DNA of 64,000 bases from Candidatus Omnitrophota bacterium (GTDB lineage Bacteria; Omnitrophota; Omnitrophia; Omnitrophales; Aquincolibacteriaceae): assembly GCA_903856085.1 (NCBI GenBank), contig CAIOAT010000013.1, forward strand, positions 295,430-359,429, given 5' to 3'. The position numbers were made by a program, and so were the translations under genes. The notes beneath the pieces are model-generated. The model was not told where the DNA came from. It worked only from the letters and a program-made list of their open reading frames with translations, and did not search any database. Shown here in pieces: positions 50,701 through 56,700 of this stretch. How positions within the stretch are numbered: position 1 is the first letter of the stretch; every line of letters begins with the position of its first letter.

Positions 50701-53700
50701 GCCATAAGGGTAAATGAAGGTCCCGTAGCATTCCAAACAGGCAACCCCAAGACCGCAAACCCTGCTCCGCTGAAAGCAAGGATCGCTTCCTTTTCGAACT
50801 GAAGGTGGGAATATGAGCGATTAGCCCTCTTCTCGGAGCGAAATCCCCCGGAAAATGCGGGCTTTCTCACGCGAGAAGAAGTGAAGTGGGCCTGACCGAG
50901 AGAGTCCACGCCGGTGAGCCGGAGGGTGAACTCTAAATCTTCGCCTGTTGTCCCGCTCGGAATTTTCGATTTGAATTCAAAACCGACATCGCGCCACTTC
51001 AAATCAACAGAGGGCATAGAAGCGCCCCGGGAGGGGTCATAAAGGGTCGAGGAAACCTCAAATTGGGCCTGACTTCCTTGGCTTTCACTCTGACGCAGTT
51101 TTGTTTCGGCTAAACGGATCGTGATGCCCGGAAAAATTTCCGCCGTTTTCCCGGAGCTCAGCGTAACCAGATGTTCAATTTTGCTGAAATCGAATGGATC
51201 TTTGATTGACTCAACAAGCGTTCTGTTTTCAGCTGTCGGCTGACCTTCATCCCGTATTTCGGAACGAATAAATTTTGCGGTCGAACCCTGCGGCAATGTC
51301 ACAGTGGGAATTTCATCCAGCGGACGCGGTTGAATGCTGAGAGGAACCTGGATGTTTTCCTTAAACTCTGTTTGCAAGATCCTTTCCACCACCGGGATTG
51401 CGCGAAGGATTCCGTCCTGAATTTTGTCACGCCCAAGGCCATCATAAAACCAATCCAAAATGGGAGCCGGCGCTCTTTTTTGACCTTCCTTATAATGAGG
51501 GTCTGTTTCGTTTAAAATAGCAACAATCACTGCGTCTGATATCTGACCTGTGGTGTTTAATTTTGACTGGATAAGCGCCACGGCTTTGGCTTTATCAATC
51601 TTCAACCGGTCTCTCATATTCATAGCAGAGTAAAAAACATCCCCGGCAAACTCTCTTCCGAGGAGCTTCCAAAGAACCACTCGCTCAAAACCTGTCGCGT
51701 TGCTTAGAAGATACCGTTTGGGACTTTGCGGATCTCCCCATCTTCCGTTGTAATCACCCCAAAAAGCATTCACGAGCGCCTGCAGGGACTGTCCATACTT
51801 GAGCTCCTTGGGCGGCTGAGGAAGGCTTCCCATTTTTATATTTTGCATCCACTGAGGAGCGACATACATCTTATCGGGTGTCTGTTTCAACAAGCCTTCA
51901 GCCCGGATTTTCTCAATGGCCTGCACCGCCAACTTCCGCGTATCCGGCCAGGTCCTATTCAATTCGGCCAAAGCAACGGCCACTGCTTGGGCGGCTTTTG
52001 CCCTTATTTCTTCCATCCTTTTTATAGAAGCGGCATCCTCCGCCGCGCCGGCGAAACGGATCGGCTTCCCAACCATCCGGCTCGCATTCATATAAAATCT
52101 TTCGGCCGACAAGGCTCCGTCAAAACGAATTTCGACATAAGGCTCGCTGCCACCCCCATAGGACTCCACAGTCCCGATTCTTCCGGCCCGCTCCACGCGC
52201 ACTCCTGCCATTCCTTTAACGCCTTTGAGATTCAGGGGCACCTCTTCCCCTCCCCGCATCTCGGCACGGATTTCGCCAACAGCGCTTGGCTCCGACGTTG
52301 CAAAAGAAACCATCAAAATATCGCCACGCGTCAATTGAGTCCCGCTCTCGCCGAGCACTTGAATTTTCCTGATTTTAGAAGAATTAAATTTCCCAATCTC
52401 CCTGATGGCTTGCGGCATTGAAATATCTTCCTTGATAAGAAATTCGCCCGGAGCCAGCTCCTTGATCAAAGAACTTAGACCCGCGTTTCCTCCTTCTAAC
52501 TCACTGGCTATTGCATCCAACCGCCGCATTAGCCCCAATGTCAAAGCGCGATAGGGAGCCAGTATCTCAATGACCGAATTGACGGTTCCGATCACTTGCA
52601 ACAGATCCGCCGGGAAATAGGTCAAGGCTTGGGTTAACACACCCAGAACTTCGTGCTTGTCGTTGGGATTGAGCGAATAATTTGAATCAATTTCTGTGCG
52701 GATAGCCTTAAGCTCCGCAATCATTTCTCCCATGCGAGCTTCGGTGATTTGAGGAGCCTGCTTGCCCGCCCGCACCTCGGAGCGGACTGCTTTACCCGGG
52801 GATTTCTGTGACAGTGCCACCGATGGGATCTCGTCCATCGGGCGGGGTTTGAGCGTGATCCCGATCTCAAGCCCCTTTTGGACTTCCGCCTGGAGGATTC
52901 TTTCCACCACGGGGATGGCGCGAAGAACCGCTGATTGGACATCGAACCCGCCCTCATTCCATCTTGCAACGGCCACCGGAGCTTTGGAATTTCCGGGCCT
53001 TGCTTCTCCCCATATTTCCTCAATGGTTTTATCGGAGATACGCCCGTATTTCAATTTAGACCTTATCTGCCAAGCTGTTTTCCCTTTTTCATCCTTAAGC
53101 CTTTCCCGAAGATTGAACGCGGAAAAGAAAACATCTCCGGCCAGCTCATGCCCCAAGATCTTCCAAAGCACGAAACGCTCCACGCCTGTCGCATTGCTAA
53201 AAAGATACCGCTCTTTCGCCCTTCCGTTATAAGCTCCCCAAAAAGCCTCCACCAAGCCTTGCAGGTCTTGGGCATACTCGGCGTCCGTCATTTTACGATC
53301 TTCTTCCTCTTCGCCGAGATTCTTGGGAGGCATTGCCGAACTGCTTGCAATGGCGATTTTTTTCATCCAACGGGAATGAACATACATCCGGTCGGCGGAT
53401 TGGTTCACAAGACTTTCTTTTTTAATGAGCGCGATGGCTCCTTTTGCCAGACCCGTTGTTTTAGTCCAGGTCTTCGCCAATTCACTGGCAGCTTTTTGCG
53501 CTTCAGCTTCCGCAGCCTTTCGCGATCCCAGCTCTTCCACCTCCGAGGCAAAAAGAAGGGGTTTTCCCACCGAGGCGCTGCCTCGTAAATAAAACGGTTG
53601 GATATCACTCTCTCCGTCGAAAAGGATCTCCAAAAACGGTTCTTTTCCACCGCCATAACCCTTTACGGTTCCAACCTTTCCGCCCCGTGTCACGCGGACA

Positions 53701-56700
53701 TTCATCTTCCCTTTGATTCCCTCTAAGTTCAGTGGTACCTCGCCCATGTTTCTCACCTCCGAGCGCGGGAAGAAGAGGATCGTCACCACGGAGCCAAGGA
53801 TTTGGTCCCGGCTCCAGGATTCCATGGAAAAAGATTGGCTCCTTTTCAAACCCGCAGGATCTATATGAAGGGCTTGGTCGCCGCGCTGTGCGTCCATATC
53901 CATCAGGCCCTCATGAGCTCTAAATTGACGGATCAGCGTATCAATGAAGAGCTGCCAGGCCACCTTCGGATCCCCCGGCAGGCTCCCGTCCCCCGCAGGG
54001 ATCTCCACGGCCAGGGCATCGGCTCCCTGAAATTCCGCGGCCCGTTCGGATAAATGAACCACGGCTTTGTGATTGCGCAGAAAGTCCGGAAGCACTGATT
54101 TTCCGACCCCTTCAAGACCTTTTAAAAAATCCGCTTCGTTAAAATTGGATGCAAGCATGATTTCATCGGGAAGCTCTCCCGGGCCAACCGGGCCAACCCC
54201 CGCAACAAACGCGGCAACGCCAATGCGGTGGGTTAGGGTGTGTACCATGGGACCGATGTCTTCATCTTCAGCCTTAGAAAAAAAGTTTTGAAGAAGCTTA
54301 TCCAGCGCTCCCTGGAACAGAAGGGTCTGAGGTTCTTTTGTTTTTTGAAAGGTCTCTAAAGCCTGGGTGATAGGAGCGGCTACGGCGCCAACCGCGGATA
54401 AAACGAGGTCATTCCGACCGCCCTTGTACACGTCTTCGAGGATCTTGTTAAGCATTTTGCGGACCATTCGGAAATTTTCCGCATTAATCTGGCTCTGCTG
54501 TCCCCGGATCGCTTCGATCACTTCCCTTATCTGCCCGACAGCCTTATCCCGCGCTTCAGCGCGGGGCGCCAAAAACAGATTGGTTTGGATGTTGGGGCCA
54601 AGCCAGCGATAAACGCCCTCCGGCAACCGGTCCTTTGATTCCATAAGAGCACGCGAAGGATCATCCGTGGCAGCCGGAACCAAGAGAAATATTCCTTCGT
54701 AGTCTTTCCAGTTGTAATAAGGCGTCGTAAAAGCGGAGCCTAGAAGTTTCACCTGGTTGGCCGGAAGGCCGTAGCTCTGCATAGAGGCTTCTGAAAAGGT
54801 CCAAGATTCTTTTTGTTTCGAATTCCCCCAGCGCAGATAAACTCTGAAATTCCCGGCGTTAAGGAATGCGTCGCGTGCTGCCGAATCCGGGAATTCCAAG
54901 GTCGAAGAAAAATCAGCCCGGTCCCCGTGGATCTCCACCTTGCCATCCTTCGAGCTCATGACCGGCAGAATTGGATTTGAACGCACTTCGGCGCGGGGCG
55001 AACCGGCCGCGGGAGCTGCGTGTCCTACTGGCCGCATAGCCAACGAGGGACTTTCGGGTGTCATTCTTGCCAACACCCGATAGGCTTGCTCGGTCTCATT
55101 ACTTTTCTGATCTTGAAGAAAGGGCGTTAACCGGATAAATTTACCGAGCCCCAATTCATCAAAACTCCCGGTCGCAAACCTGACGCTTTTTTCTACGATC
55201 CGGATCGAGTTATCTTCACGCTTGCGAAGAATCGCAACGATCGGGAATTCGCCCTGATACGCTTGCAAAACCTTTGGTGTTGCATCCTGCGCGCCTTGAA
55301 CGGAGAGTTCGGTTTTTTCAAGCCCTGCTCGGAAAGAAACCCGCCCCTCGGATCCCACCACGCGATATTCCAGCGAATGGTCAGGATGTAGGACAAATCC
55401 CCAAAAGTTTGGATCTGCAGGCAAGGTTCCATCAAAACTGATAACGCCCAAGTATTGATCATCCGCCGGCAGGATCTTCACGCCGCCATAGGTCGCATCA
55501 ATCTCTTCGCCCAATGTTTTAAAAAATACGTCGACTCTTGCCGCGCGCAGTTCGGGGCGAAACAAACCCGAGGGTTGAGGCTGAGATTGCCGCGGGGAAA
55601 CGCCAACGGCAGAAGCAATGATTTTTTTGAAGCCCGCATCAAACTCCGCCCTATTCTCCGCGCTGCGATCGTGGTAAGAAGCAACGGTCTCGCGCACAAT
55701 ATCGCGAATCCTGGCAAAACGGACCGCAAGTTCGCGACGCCAAAAACGCGGCGACACGGCGCTAAAAAAAGAGACCTGCTGGGTGACTTTTTCAGGAGCG
55801 ATATGAGAACGCGTAATCGCGTTGGAGCCAAGAAGCGCTGTCAGATAATTTTTGTTGGAATCGGCTGTGATCTCGCCGATGGAAGGCATGATGCCGATAT
55901 AAGAACTGCCGGAGGCTGTGATCGCCTGTTTAAAACCCTCGGTGTGAAAACCACCGGTGATGATGACCGCTTTCGTCTGCTTGCGCTCCTTCATCACTTC
56001 GCGCGCCCTCTTCATCATAAAATCTTCACGCTCGATGGCGCCGGAGTAAAAATTCAAAGCTTGCTCGTTAAGTTGCTGTAAGGCGGGCAGCGTGTCGCGT
56101 ACGGCGCTCTCTTTGCCCCGCACCCGATCAAGCGCTTGCATTAACTCGGAAGGAGAAATTTGACGTGACAGAACTTGCTGATATTCTCCGCGAGAAAGCT
56201 CCAAATGAAACAGCTTTTTAAGGAGTTGGTATTCGCGAAGCGAGCGCACAAGCGTTTTTTCCTCATCAGTTTTTACAAGGACTTCGACCAAGGACGCAGT
56301 AAGCTTTTTAATCTCGGACTGAAGCACCTCGCTCTGGAGTTCGCTTATAAGGATCATTTGCTGGATGCGAAGGCGGAGGTTCGGGTAAGCATTAAAAGAA
56401 AAGTCGGCTGGTAACGCATCCATCAGACGCTCGAAAACGAAGCGGGTCTTGTAGAGCGGCAAACCGCCTTTTTTCGCCATTTCGAACATCGCATTCATTT
56501 CATCTCCAAGCTTCTTTTCACCGTACTCCGTACTCTGTACTCCGTACTTAGCGATATCGCGTAGAAACGTTGCTTTCTCCGCTTCAACTTTTGAGAGATC
56601 AATCTTCCCATCCAACGATCTCAGCCGGAAATAGCGGACCAGGGTCGGCCACGCAAGCTGCGCCTTAACATCTGTAAGATCATTTCGTAGGATCGTATTC

